64,000 bases of DNA from Parahaliea sp. (GCA_047974765.1 JBKECP010000027.1:1-64000); one strand, 5' to 3'. Counted from the stretch's first letter, positions 37,475-47,416 are shown. Numbers and translations are program-made. The notes: generated by a model not told the origin, from the letters alone.

Positions 37475-39607
37475 CTACTGTGCGGGTGTGGTTTTAGCAT
37501 CCTCCCCGCTGTCTTTTTCTGCCTGTTGCCGTTGATAGAGTTTGTTGGCTTCTTGCAGTGTATATTGGCGAACAGCCTGAGCGTCATCCTCACTGAGGTA
37601 TTTGGCAAAGCTGACCATGCCCAGCGGGCTGAGTACGCCCTTGAGAACGATATCATTCCAGATCTCGTGCGTTGCTTCACTGCTATAGCGCAAATCAGGT
37701 GTTACCCCTCCACTGATGGTGCCATCGCCGTGACAATAACTGCACTGGCGCTGATAGATCCGTTGGCCGCGCTCAATAATTTCCTGTGAGGCACTGACAG
37801 ACTGCGGTTTTTGCACTGTACGATCAATAGTTGGCGCCGGTGGTAATTTCGCCTGGCCACCCAGCTTGAACACCAGTACACGCGAAATATTGGGAATTTC
37901 CCAGCCATTGGAAACCGTGCCGGCTTCCGCTGCCAGACCACCGCCAAAGCCAACCGCAACCGCAATGTACTGCTGGCCATCAAGGGCATAAGTGATGGGT
38001 GGTGCCATTGCCAGTGTCTGGGTTTCGAATTGCCATAGTGTTACACCGTTACGGGCATCGTAGGCTTTGAACTGGCCATAGCCATTACCCTGGAATACAA
38101 GACCGCCCGCCGTACTCAGTACACCGCCATTGGCGGGACGGCCCAGCGGACCTGTCCAGAAAGCCTTCTGTTTGACGGGATCCCATGCCACCAGTGCGCC
38201 GGTAACTATCTGATCAAACAATGCATTGAGGTCCGGCACGTCCGGTGGCAGATTGGCCATGCGATCAAGACCAACGTTCCAGTAACCGTGGCCGTATTCG
38301 TTATCCATCGCCTGGTCAGAGGCCTTAAACTGAATCGGGACATTCATCATCGGAATATAAACCAGCCCCGTTTGTGCGTTATAAGACATCGGATGCCAAT
38401 TGTGACCACCGGCATTGCTGGGCTGAGTGACATTTTCGCCGTCAAACAGGCGGGCGTTGGGTGTCTCTATCGGACGGCCTGTCTGCATATCGATACCGCT
38501 GGCCCAGGTGGTTTTGGTATAGGCATTGGCAGACAAAAGCTCGCCAGTGAGGCGGTCGATAACATAGAAAAAACCATTCTTGGGCGCCTGCATAATCACC
38601 TTGCGCTGTTTGCCATCAAGCTCAAGGTCGGCAAGAATCATATGCTGGGTGGCAGTATAGTCCCAGGTATCCCCAGGGGTTGTCTGATAGTGCCAGACGT
38701 ATTCTCCGGTTTTGCCCCTGACGGCAACGATAGAAGCCAAAAAGAGATTATCACCACCTTCCGGGCTGCGAATTTTCTGGTTCCAGGGGGAACCATTGCC
38801 TACACCCAGGTAGAGCAGGTCTGTTTCCTGATCATAAACCATGGAATCCCAGACAGTGCCACCACCACCCCACTGCCACCATTTTCCATTCCAGGTTTTC
38901 GCCGCCATTTCCAGTTCAGGCGACTCAAAGCCCTCTTGTGGATTGCCCGGTATGGTGTAGAAGCGCCAGATCTGTTTGCCCGTATTAATATCATAAGCTG
39001 TTACATAGCCGCGCACACCCAGCTCCGAGCCTCCATTGCCAATAACCACCAGGTCACCAACAATGCGGGGGGCACCGGTGATGGTGTAAGGCTTATCACG
39101 GTCAGTTGTCTGCACGTCCCAGACCACAACACCCGATTCAGCATTCAGTGCTACCAGGCGCCCGTCATAGGTGCCTACAATCACTTTGCCTTTGGCATAG
39201 GCAACACCGCGATTGACAGCATCGCAGCAACCCTTGGCAAGAAAGGAGCGGTCCACTTCCGGGTTGTAGAACCACTTGAGGCCGCCATTGCGGGCATCCA
39301 GGGCATAGACCATTGACCAACTGCCGCTGACATAAAGCGTGTCGTTAATCATCAACGGTGTCGCTTCCACACCACGTTTGGTATACATGTTGAAGTGCCA
39401 GGCCAGACCCAGCTTGCCCACATTACTGCGATTAATCTGTGCCAGCCCGGAGAAACGCTGCTCCCCGGCATCATTACCGTGCAGCTGCCATTCCGTATCA
39501 GCTGGCGGTGGCACCTCTTTTTCTTCTGCCAGCACTACCGTTGCCTGCAACAGGCTGAGTGATACGCCCAGTACCGCACTGGTAATGGCGCTCATTGGTT
39601 TGTTCAT
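37475..39607 (-). CDS. Quinohemoprotein (type II) PQQ-dependent alcohol dehydrogenase, second paralog
   Basis: Signal peptide, PQQ propeller motifs and a C-terminal CSYCH heme-c site. It is colinear with the ADH at 23215-25377. Confidence 0.85.
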   Translation of the reverse strand: MNKPMSAITSAVLGVSLSLLQATVVLAEEKEVPPPADTEWQLHGNDAGEQRFSGLAQINRSNVGKLGLAWHFNMYTKRGVEATPLMINDTLYVSGSWSMVYALDARNGGLKWFYNPEVDRSFLAKGCCDAVNRGVAYAKGKVIVGTYDGRLVALNAESGVVVWDVQTTDRDKPYTITGAPRIVGDLVVIGNGGSELGVRGYVTAYDINTGKQIWRFYTIPGNPQEGFESPELEMAAKTWNGKWWQWGGGGTVWDSMVYDQETDLLYLGVGNGSPWNQKIRSPEGGDNLFLASIVAVRGKTGEYVWHYQTTPGDTWDYTATQHMILADLELDGKQRKVIMQAPKNGFFYVIDRLTGELLSANAYTKTTWASGIDMQTGRPIETPNARLFDGENVTQPSNAGGHNWHPMSYNAQTGLVYIPMMNVPIQFKASDQAMDNEYGHGYWNVGLDRMANLPPDVPDLNALFDQIVTGALVAWDPVKQKAFWTGPLGRPANGGVLSTAGGLVFQGNGYGQFKAYDARNGVTLWQFETQTLAMAPPITYALDGQQYIAVAVGFGGGLAAEAGTVSNGWEIPNISRVLVFKLGGQAKLPPAPTIDRTVQKPQSVSASQEIIERGQRIYQRQCSYCHGDGTISGGVTPDLRYSSEATHEIWNDIVLKGVLSPLGMVSFAKYLSEDDAQAVRQYTLQEANKLYQRQQAEKDSGEDAKTTPAQ

Positions 39608-39894
39608 TACGGCTCTCCCGATTGTTATAAGGTTATTTTATCTATCGCAGTGAACAGCAAAAATATTATTTTATGGATGCTTTCACTAAAAACTGCTTCA
39701 CAGTCAGGCTTGCATGGTGTGAGAACATGGTCTCTATAATAGTTCGGCCAAACTGTTGATTGCGCTGTGACTATTTTTGTTTTGCAAAAACCAGCGACAA
39801 CACTTAATGGTTTGAGACTATAGAGCCTGTATTGGCAAAGTATTGTCTTGGAAATGACATTTTCAATCATCACTGCGAATCAGGGAGAACCACT

Positions 39895-40191
39895 ATGGCA
39901 ACTCCGGGCAAAAATAGCGCACTGGATGGTGTTCGGGTTCTGGATATGAGCCATATTCTGGCTGGTCTCTGGTGCACACAGACACTGGCGGATCCGGGCG
40001 CAGATGCTATCACAAGTTTGATGTCCCGGGTTTGCGCCCGCAGCATGCAGCTTGAACTGTCTCTGGTACAGGATGGTGCACCGGTGGCCAGCCCTTTGCG
40101 TCTGTCTGCCATACTGGTGCTTTATCAGCGGGCACCGCCTGCGCCAGGTGCTGTTCCGGCAGAACCTGGACTTGCTGAAAATCAGGAATAA
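39895..40191 (+). pseudogene. Family-III CoA-transferase (CaiB/BaiF) gene fragment; only about 35 N-terminal residues are conserved
   Basis: MATPGKNSALDGVRVLDMSHILAGLWCTQTLADPGADAI matches the N-terminal motif of CaiB/BaiF transferases (LDGVRVLD..AGP.C.Q.LAD.GA.VIK). After that the ORF degenerates into unrelated sequence and ends after 99 aa. Confidence 0.5.
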
Positions 40192-40637
40192 GCAAACAAA
40201 CGGGTATCGTAGGGGTGGCGTGTGATATTGATAATATCGAGCTGTTTGGCAGCCGGATGACGGGGATTTAGCAGGTAATTGTAGCTGTGTGGCACAACGG
40301 CGCTGGGTACTTGCAGCAACAGACTGCGAGCGGCATCGAGCCACTCATCACCAATAGCACGGGTGCGCGCCAAATCGGACTGCCAACCCTTGCTTAATGC
40401 ATCGCTGTCAAGTTTTGCCACAGGAACTTGCTGGCCAGCCATAACCTGCAACAGTTTGAATTGACTGGGTACCTGATCCGGCGCCAGTTCAAAGTGAACC
40501 AGCACTTCCAGCAGCGCCAGTGCCGGGTGCTCGGCCAGATAAAGTATCGGCAGTCCCCGGTTGTGCCAGCGGCCCGCATATTTGAGGCCGCCAATCCCCG
40601 TGAGGTCGCTGTAATTGCTGATACGCCAGAGAATCAC
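40182..40637 (-). CDS. RES-domain toxin of a RES-Xre toxin-antitoxin pair
   Basis: The 151-aa protein has the conserved R/E/S residues (..YAGRWHNRGLPILYLAEHPALALLEV...S..). It overlaps the upstream antitoxin gene by 4 nt. Confidence 0.85.
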   Translation of the reverse strand: MILWRISNYSDLTGIGGLKYAGRWHNRGLPILYLAEHPALALLEVLVHFELAPDQVPSQFKLLQVMAGQQVPVAKLDSDALSKGWQSDLARTRAIGDEWLDAARSLLLQVPSAVVPHSYNYLLNPRHPAAKQLDIINITRHPYDTRLFAYS

Positions 40638-41101
40638 GCGAAATAGCCGGCATCCAGTTGCCCCAGTGCTTCCTCAACCACCTGCCCACCGTATTCAGTT
40701 TGCATCATATCCATTGCACTGCTGCCGCCAAAGCCCTGCCGGGGCTTGTGCAGCCAGAGATTGGCTCGTTCCTCATCACCGAGCACGATGATCGCCATGG
40801 CGCGCAATTTGGCAGCTCGCAGCAGACGGCCACTTTCTTCCGGTGATAATGGCTCCTGATTGCGACGGCGATGCGTCAATGTGCGCGGAGCCACTATCCA
40901 GCGGGTTTCACTGCGGGTATAACCCTGCTTCAATAATAGATCAACGGCATCAGTTGCAATTCCACCCCGAACAATTTTAGCCATGTCGAGGGCGCTGCAG
41001 ATCGGTAGCCCCAACAGTTTGCCAATCTGCGCCATGGCCCTGGCCCCCGGTCCCTCCTGATGGGTTTTTGAGGGTTTGAATACAATAGCGGCTTCATTCA
41101 T
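40634..41101 (-). CDS. Xre-family (DUF2384) antitoxin partnering the RES toxin
   Basis: The C-terminus (..LWLHKPRQGFGGSSAMDMMQTEYGGQVVEEALGQLDAGYFA) is the DUF2384 signature. The upstream-gene position is typical of RES-Xre modules. Confidence 0.8.
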   Translation of the reverse strand: MNEAAIVFKPSKTHQEGPGARAMAQIGKLLGLPICSALDMAKIVRGGIATDAVDLLLKQGYTRSETRWIVAPRTLTHRRRNQEPLSPEESGRLLRAAKLRAMAIIVLGDEERANLWLHKPRQGFGGSSAMDMMQTEYGGQVVEEALGQLDAGYFA

Positions 41102-41138
41102 ATGGCATCTCCCACCGTTTGGCGATCAATGTTCAGCA

Positions 41139-41163
41139 ATATGCCTGATTATAGTTGGCATAT
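41139..41163. promoter_or_regulatory. Inverted repeat ATATGCC-N11-GGCATAT in the RES-Xre promoter region (candidate autoregulatory operator)
   Basis: Read from the sequence, 38-62 nt upstream of the antitoxin start. Confidence 0.3.
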
Positions 41164-41210
41164 TGCCGATTAACAACTGCACCCGGAATCAAAATAAATC
41201 AACCTTGCAC

Positions 41211-41888
41211 CTACTCCGGCATGGACATGGCACAAATAAGACTCAAATGGCTGTAAGGCAGACCTGTTGTCTGATGCCACTCATTGAACGTTTCCTGAAC
41301 ACGGCTGAGATCACGTTTGCTGGTTGGATTTTCATTAATGGACAAACCGGCACGACGCATACAGTGGGCAACATGGTCGGTAAGAACAAAGGTATCTTTG
41401 CCCATATTGCGCAGCACGCGCTGACCACTCATACCGCCAAGACGGTCACCTCTGGTTTTGAGTACGGCAAACAGGCCGATCAGATCCTCACCTGGCCAGC
41501 GGGTAATAAACTTGCCAAAACTACCATGTTCTTTGGCGATATCGAGAACAAAATGAGCATTGCGCTGGATACTGATGACTTTCTGACGATTGCGGATAAT
41601 GGCCGGATTCCGGGCAAAGTTGTCGATCTGATCGGGGCTCAGCATAACGATTTTTTCTGGTGGAAAGCCAAAGAACAACTCTTCAAAGGCTTCCCATTTA
41701 TTATCCACCACTCGCCATACAAAACCCGCCTGAAAGACACAGTGAGCCATTTCTGAAAGCCAGCGATGATCAGGTGTACGCATTAACTGACGGCTGCTTT
41801 TTACTTCTGGCAATAAACGTTTAAGCGCCGCCCTGCCCCCTTTGCGCTCCTGAGCCCGCTGATGGATTTCATCAAAATTCAGCATCAT
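41211..41888 (-). CDS. DNA-3-methyladenine glycosylase I (Tag) family protein lacking the N-terminal Zn-snap cysteine motif
   Basis: ..MAHCVFQAGFVW..NPAIIRNRQKVISIQRNAHFVLDIAKEHGSFGKFITRW.. parallels Tag (..EGQQAGLSW..AGIIRHRGKIQAIIGNARAYL..FADFVWSF). The N-terminus differs from the E. coli MERCGW motif. Confidence 0.6.
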   Translation of the reverse strand: MMLNFDEIHQRAQERKGGRAALKRLLPEVKSSRQLMRTPDHRWLSEMAHCVFQAGFVWRVVDNKWEAFEELFFGFPPEKIVMLSPDQIDNFARNPAIIRNRQKVISIQRNAHFVLDIAKEHGSFGKFITRWPGEDLIGLFAVLKTRGDRLGGMSGQRVLRNMGKDTFVLTDHVAHCMRRAGLSINENPTSKRDLSRVQETFNEWHQTTGLPYSHLSLICAMSMPE

Positions 41889-41921
41889 TTACCTCCTCCG
41901 TTCAGACATTATTTGTCGATA

Positions 41922-41944
41922 TTATTAGACATGATGTCTAATAA
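41922..41944. promoter_or_regulatory. Perfect 23-nt palindrome TTATTAGACAT-G-ATGTCTAATAA overlapping the sbcC stop, upstream of the tag-like gene
   Basis: Read from the sequence, 34-56 nt upstream of the tag-like ATG. Candidate operator or terminator. Confidence 0.3.
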
Positions 41945-44900
41945 CAGAAGGCGCAATCAACGAGATCTGGCTGCCGCGGCGGTTGTGCGTCAAATCAATA
42001 CGCGTATCCAGCCTGGATTTTAATTCGGCCACATGGGATATGATACCGACAGTGCGCCCACTATGCTGCAATTCCAGCAGGGTTTGAATGGCCAGTTCCA
42101 GCGCTTCGGCATCAAGGGAGCCAAAACCCTCATCAACAAATAATGTATCCAGAGCAATACCACCGGCCTGTGACTGGACGACATCAGACAGGCCAAGCGC
42201 CAGCGCCAGTGCAGCCTGGAAACTTTCACCACCAGAGAGCGTGGCCACTGGCCGCGCACTGCCGCTGTAGTTGTCATAGACCTCCAGATCCAGGCCTGCG
42301 GCACGGCGCCCTTTGTTTGGATCCAGCTTGCGCAGCAGATGATAACGCCCGCCACTCATACTGAACAGACGATCGCTGGCCTGGCTGAGCACATCATCAA
42401 GCAGTATGCCCAGCACATAGCGCTGCAGGGAAATGCGGCTGCCAGACTGCCCATTGGCTACTTCGGCCAGCGTCCCCACTACTTTGTAACGAGCTTCCAG
42501 AGCACGACTGGCCTTGCGTTCATACTCCAGTTTGCGCTGTGTCGTATACAGATTCTGTTGCCGTCGAAGCAGGCTTTCTCTGTGTGTGGCCGCATCGTCT
42601 CGCTGCTTGCGAGCAGCCTGTTCACAGACTTCACAGGCCGCCACATCGGCCAATTCTTCGCCGCTCAGCTGTGCCTGCAACACCTCGATACGGGTGTGTG
42701 TAGCTGCCAGTATCTGTTGATATGTATCCAGAGCCTGTTCACGCTGCGCCAGCTGCTGTACTGACAACTGTGCCTGTTTGCAGGCCTCGGCGCTGTCAAA
42801 GGGACTGTCGGCCAGCGCGTGTTCAAGCTGGCCAAGCGCTTTGGCCAGTTCGTCATTAGCGTATTTGAGCCGCGCCTGTGCTGCCTTCACCGCCGCTCTT
42901 GCCTCACTGTCGGCATGCTCTGCCTGGCGCAGCTGCTGGTGGGCCTCTTCCAGCTGATTCAGCAGCGTATCCAGCTGATGACCAATATGTTGCCGCTGTT
43001 TATCAAGAGCACCTTCAATACGGTAAGGTTCAGGCAGACGGGTTTCCAGTTCAGCCCGTCGGCTGCTGGTTTCACGCAGTACAAGTTCGGCCGCAGTACA
43101 CTGTGCATTTTGCACTGACAACTGCTCCTGGATCTGTTGAACCTGCATTTCCTGTTCGTGTAGATGCAAGCCGAGCTGTCTGTACTGCTCCAGTTGTCCG
43201 ATTCGCTGCTGCCACTGCATTGCCAGTATCTGTAGTTGCTGTTTAAAAAAATCCAGCGTTTGTCCAGCTTCTGCTGTGTTTGATGCCAGCGACTGCTGGC
43301 ACTGATTGAGTTGCTGCTGTAGCTGCTCACACTGCGCCTGTATGACGGCAATCTGTTGTCGGCACTTAACCAGCTGACTATCGGCCTGCTGACAACGCTG
43401 CTCCTGGATATTCAGTTCAGCTTCATCAGGCAGGGGCTTATCCACTTCAAAATTATCTGCCGGTGCCGGGTGAGATTGACTGCCACAAACCGGGCAGGCC
43501 TGCCCTTGTTGCAATTCCTGTGCAAGCCGGTAAGCCTGGCCCAAATGCCAGTTACGGCGCAGTATTTTCAATTGTTGCTGCTGCTGTTCAAGTTCTATTT
43601 CTGCAGCCTGTTCAGCTACAAGCTGCTGCGCAAGCCTGTCGGCAAATTCATGCTGTGCCTGTCTGAGTTGATCCCGCTGACAGGCCTTGTCCAGCTGCAA
43701 CTGCGCAGCTTGCTGTGCCCGCTCTACCCCCTCACTGGCAGTGAGCGCCTCTTCCAGTGCACTGCTTTTGCATTTGAGACTACTCAGTCTGTTTTTGGCC
43801 GCCGCCAGATCCTTGCTGACGGCCTGCTGTGCAGCCATTTTTTCAGTCAGTTGCTGCTGTTGGCTTCGCTGGTGATCACTTATCTGTAGCAGTCGGGTGA
43901 CTGCTGGCTTCATTGCTTCTAGCTCTGCAATTTCCTGGCGCAGCGCAGCGCTTTGCTGCTGAGCTTGCGTCGCCTGTACCAGCACCTGTTGGGCCACAGT
44001 CAGTGCGCTGTCAGCAGTTTGCTGACATTCACTGGCACGCTCACACGCCGCACTGGCTTCAAGCAGATGATCTTCAGCCTGATGGCGCCGGGCAAAAGCC
44101 GGTTCAAGCGCACTGGCACAGCGGGCCAATGCCAGTGCTTTTTGTTCAGCGGCGATTTCTGATGCCTGCGCGTTGAGAGCGTCAAGCTGGGTATTGGCTT
44201 CACTCAGAGCCTTGGCGGCCCTGTCCAGAGTGCGGGCTTTGACAAGCTGGTTGTCGGCAGCCTGCCAGGCTTTAAAGGCTGCATCGGCAGCCTGTACCTG
44301 CGCTTTAACATCACTATCAATATCGGCCAGCGCCTGTATCAGTGCCTGTTCATCACTGACTTCACCAGCTTCGATAATGGCTTGCAGACGGCTTTGCCCC
44401 TGCTCAAAGTTTCTGCGGATATCCGCTGCAGCACTTTTCAATCGCTCTTCAATACGTTTATAGATATCAGTGCGAAACAGCGACTGGAAAATAGCCTCCC
44501 GCTCACTTGAATCAGCCAGTAATAATTGCCGAAACTGCCCCTGGGGCAGCACCATTACCTGCCGGAACTGGTTGGCATTAAGGCCTGTCAGCTCAATAAT
44601 TCTCCGGTTGGCATCCTGCACTTTCTGTTCAACCAGTAGCTCGCCATTGTCAGTGCTGCCGTCTTTACCCAGACGGTAGAGGCTGGCCCGGGTTTTATGT
44701 TCTGTTGTGCCTGTGCCGCGAACACGGGGGCGCAATTGTGTTGGCTGGCGGGCAATCTGGTAGCACTTGCCGCCAAGCTCAAAACGCAATACCACCTCGC
44801 TTATTATAGAGTCCGGACTTTGCTGGCAGCGCATATCACTGCCTTCGCGCTCATTGCCGGTGGTACTGCCGTACAATGCGAAGCAGATTGCATCGAGCAG

Positions 44901-45029
44901 TGTTGTTTTTCCCGAACCGGTTGGTCCGTTAATCAAAAATAAAGGGGCATTACCAAGGTCACTGAAACGAACAGTCTGACGATCCCTGAAAGGGCCAAAT
45001 GCCTGCAAGGTCAGTTCCAGCACCTTCAT
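41925..45029 (-). CDS. sbcC: Exonuclease SbcCD, ATPase subunit C
   Basis: The N-terminus has Walker A ([22 protein letters not shown]). A long Q/L/A-rich coiled coil carries a CPVCG zinc hook. The C-terminus has signature and Walker B/D-loop motifs ([18 protein letters not shown]). Confidence 0.92.
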   Translation of the reverse strand: MKVLELTLQAFGPFRDRQTVRFSDLGNAPLFLINGPTGSGKTTLLDAICFALYGSTTGNEREGSDMRCQQSPDSIISEVVLRFELGGKCYQIARQPTQLRPRVRGTGTTEHKTRASLYRLGKDGSTDNGELLVEQKVQDANRRIIELTGLNANQFRQVMVLPQGQFRQLLLADSSEREAIFQSLFRTDIYKRIEERLKSAAADIRRNFEQGQSRLQAIIEAGEVSDEQALIQALADIDSDVKAQVQAADAAFKAWQAADNQLVKARTLDRAAKALSEANTQLDALNAQASEIAAEQKALALARCASALEPAFARRHQAEDHLLEASAACERASECQQTADSALTVAQQVLVQATQAQQQSAALRQEIAELEAMKPAVTRLLQISDHQRSQQQQLTEKMAAQQAVSKDLAAAKNRLSSLKCKSSALEEALTASEGVERAQQAAQLQLDKACQRDQLRQAQHEFADRLAQQLVAEQAAEIELEQQQQQLKILRRNWHLGQAYRLAQELQQGQACPVCGSQSHPAPADNFEVDKPLPDEAELNIQEQRCQQADSQLVKCRQQIAVIQAQCEQLQQQLNQCQQSLASNTAEAGQTLDFFKQQLQILAMQWQQRIGQLEQYRQLGLHLHEQEMQVQQIQEQLSVQNAQCTAAELVLRETSSRRAELETRLPEPYRIEGALDKQRQHIGHQLDTLLNQLEEAHQQLRQAEHADSEARAAVKAAQARLKYANDELAKALGQLEHALADSPFDSAEACKQAQLSVQQLAQREQALDTYQQILAATHTRIEVLQAQLSGEELADVAACEVCEQAARKQRDDAATHRESLLRRQQNLYTTQRKLEYERKASRALEARYKVVGTLAEVANGQSGSRISLQRYVLGILLDDVLSQASDRLFSMSGGRYHLLRKLDPNKGRRAAGLDLEVYDNYSGSARPVATLSGGESFQAALALALGLSDVVQSQAGGIALDTLFVDEGFGSLDAEALELAIQTLLELQHSGRTVGIISHVAELKSRLDTRIDLTHNRRGSQISLIAPSVIRHHV

Positions 45030-45080
45030 GCGCCGGAACTCTCATACCGGCTCTCACAGTCATCGATCACAAAGCAACCC

Positions 45081-46226
45081 TCACAGCTCACCTTCGTGTT
45101 GCAGTTGATTGAGTAAATCCACCAGATATTGTCTTTGCACTTTACTGAGTGAGTCGCCCTGCATCGTTTCAAAAAAGGTCTCGAACAGATCGAGCTGTGA
45201 TGTTTTCATTATCTGTCTGGACAGTGTGGCTGTTGAGGTTATCTGTTCACGCCGGAGAAATTGCAATTGCAGTACATTGGGATAGACAGCGCGCAGCTTA
45301 CCCATGACATCCAGCAAGGCACCCGTATCATTAAGACGTGCCAGTATATAGTCATCACTTTGTCTGTCTGTAGGCGCAGCAGCAATCAATTCAGACAAAC
45401 TGCCCTCGATAATACGCATATCCCGCAGAGGTTGCAGTGGCCGCTCGCTCAGTTCAATCCTGCCGTTGGCGTCAATATCCACCCGCGTGACTGACTTCTT
45501 ATGCGTGGCTTCAGAAAAGGAATATTTCAGTATGGAGCCGGCATAGCGGATGTGCTCACAACCACAGTGCTGAGGCCTGTGCAGGTGTCCAAGTGCAACA
45601 TAATCAAAGTCGGCAAACAGCTCTGCCGGTACACTGTCGATACCACCAACCGACAATACCCGCTCTGATTCACTTTCCAGACCACCGCTGACAAAACAGT
45701 GGGCCATTAAAATAGCTGGACGCCCCGGCTGGCGCTGTTGCTGTACCTGCATCAGTAATGCCTGCATAGCCTGGGCATGGCTGCTGATATTGTTATCGCC
45801 GCTTATCTGACGAACACTGAGCGGACCGGCATAAGGCAAGCCGAAAATATCATAACAAACACCGTCAACATCAATGTTGACAGCGCTCACAGTCTCATTC
45901 AGGGGACCAAATATGTGCAGCCCCGCCCCTTCAAGCAGGTCAGAGGCAAAGCCCAGACGCTCGGCACTGTCGTGATTGCCCGCAATCATCACAACCTGGC
46001 ATCCCAGTTCACGACAGAGGGTATTAAGGGTTTGTCCCAATAGTGCAACGGCCTCAGCTGGCGGGACTGCACGGTCATAAACATCACCGGCTATCAGCAG
46101 GACGTCGATAGCTTCTGCTTTAACAAAGGCAACTATTTGAGCCAGTACATGGGCCTGATCTTCAAGCAAAGACAAACCGTGCAGCTGTCGCCCCAGGTGC
46201 CAGTCAGATGTGTGCAGCAATCGCAA
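45081..46226 (-). CDS. sbcD: Exonuclease SbcCD, nuclease subunit D
   Basis: MRLLHTSDWHLGR..VLLIAGDVYD..AGNHD.. are Mre11-like phosphoesterase motifs. Confidence 0.9.
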   Translation of the reverse strand: MRLLHTSDWHLGRQLHGLSLLEDQAHVLAQIVAFVKAEAIDVLLIAGDVYDRAVPPAEAVALLGQTLNTLCRELGCQVVMIAGNHDSAERLGFASDLLEGAGLHIFGPLNETVSAVNIDVDGVCYDIFGLPYAGPLSVRQISGDNNISSHAQAMQALLMQVQQQRQPGRPAILMAHCFVSGGLESESERVLSVGGIDSVPAELFADFDYVALGHLHRPQHCGCEHIRYAGSILKYSFSEATHKKSVTRVDIDANGRIELSERPLQPLRDMRIIEGSLSELIAAAPTDRQSDDYILARLNDTGALLDVMGKLRAVYPNVLQLQFLRREQITSTATLSRQIMKTSQLDLFETFFETMQGDSLSKVQRQYLVDLLNQLQHEGEL

Positions 46227-46238
46227 AACAGGCTCCGT

Positions 46239-46856
46239 TTATTCGCCCTGGTATTTGGGCAGACGCAGATCAAACACAATAGCTCCGGCACGCAGTGCAA
46301 AAGCAGCGGCAATACTGATGGGCAAGGCCAGCGGTGCTGTAATCTCCAGTTGCACCAGCGTGATGAAACTGGTCGCACCAAGCAAGGCTGCTGTCACATA
46401 AATTTCAGGCCCCAGCAGAATTGGCGGCCGGTTCAGCAAGGTATCACGAATCAACGAGCCAAAACTGGCCGTCATCATACCCATACCAATGGCGACCAGT
46501 GGTGGTGCATCCCAGGCCAGCGCTTTTTGTGTGCCCAGCACGGAAAACAGAGCCAGCCCCATGGCATCTGCCCACAGCAGGGTTCGCCGCAATGAATTAA
46601 AAAAATGGGCGAAAAACCAAGTGGCGGCGGAAGCGATGATGCAAACCCAAAGGTAACTTGTATCACCGACCCAAAATACTCGGTCAGTGTTGAGAATCAG
46701 ATCCCGGGCAGTACCACCACCGACAGCGGTTATGGTGCCAAAGAGGATAAAACTGAGGATATCCATGCGCCGCTCCGCCGCTGCCAGCGCACCACTGATG
46801 GCAAACACGGCAACACCCAGCAGGTCAAATATACGAATAACCAGGGCTAGCTCCAT
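46239..46856 (-). CDS. TRIC/UPF0126-family membrane protein (YadS/YicG-like)
   Basis: Two UPF0126 repeats with the motifs ..AISGALAA.. and ..GTITAVGGGTARDLIL.. Confidence 0.7.
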   Translation of the reverse strand: MELALVIRIFDLLGVAVFAISGALAAAERRMDILSFILFGTITAVGGGTARDLILNTDRVFWVGDTSYLWVCIIASAATWFFAHFFNSLRRTLLWADAMGLALFSVLGTQKALAWDAPPLVAIGMGMMTASFGSLIRDTLLNRPPILLGPEIYVTAALLGATSFITLVQLEITAPLALPISIAAAFALRAGAIVFDLRLPKYQGE

Positions 46857-46965
46857 GTGTTTTCTCCGTGAGATCCTATTTTTCTTTGAGACAGATATGT
46901 CCTGTATTGGCTATACAAGGTCGTGCACCGCCAAGCCGTATACGGCCATGCTATGATCCGGTTTT

Positions 46966-47256
46966 TTGCGACGGGGTAAACATTTATCTATGGGAAAGTC
47001 TGTCATGGTGTCTGTGGTAGCATTTGCCACACTGGTCGTTGTAATTGTGAGCCTGTACTGGCTCACAATTGAGCCACAAAAAAGTGAATTGCAAAACAAC
47101 AGTGCTGCGGATGATGTCTGTCCTTCTTCGGCCAGACAGACAAATAACCCTCAACAGAGTGTGGGGGCGGCCGTGCTGGCCGATGAACCTGGTGACCAGG
47201 AGGCACTGATCAACCGGGCCATTATTGTAAAAGCCAAATGCGGACAAGATGAATAA
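46966..47256 (+). CDS. Small hypothetical membrane protein; weak call
   Basis: 96-aa ORF with a single transmembrane helix (VMVSVVAFATLVVVIVSLYWL) and no recognisable domain. Confidence 0.25.
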   Translation: MRRGKHLSMGKSVMVSVVAFATLVVVIVSLYWLTIEPQKSELQNNSAADDVCPSSARQTNNPQQSVGAAVLADEPGDQEALINRAIIVKAKCGQDE

Positions 47257-47360
47257 GTATAAAGTGTCCTGTCTGTTTCTATGCGTTCAATATTAACCAA
47301 GCAAGCATTCAGCCGGGTTAATTCGCGCTGCATGAATGTAGCGCCGTCAGCTCTTTGCCA

Positions 47361-47416
47361 GCGCAAGCCCGCTAAAATCAAGGGATTTCGAAAATTCCAC
47401 CGATTTAAGCGGGCGA
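47361..47416. repeat. Divergent copy (copy 3) of the REP/MITE-like nested-palindrome repeat
   Basis: GCCCGCTAAAATCAAGGGATTTCGAAAATTCCACCGATTTAAGCGGGCG shares the core AAAATCAAGGGATTTC with copies 1 and 2, but the outer palindrome is replaced by GCCCGCT/AGCGGGC. Confidence 0.4.

Noticed and set aside
39880-40344. 154-aa minus-strand ORF spanning the CoA-transferase fragment and the RES gene end
   Set aside because: It overlaps two features that each have clear homology on their own strands or frames, so it is a spurious overlap ORF.
43356-43889. Multiple plus-strand ORFs and apparent short tandem repeats inside sbcC
   Set aside because: They lie antisense within the sbcC coiled-coil region. 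The repetitiveness (cag/ctg/gca runs) reflects the Q/L/A-rich coiled coil, not a CRISPR or satellite array.
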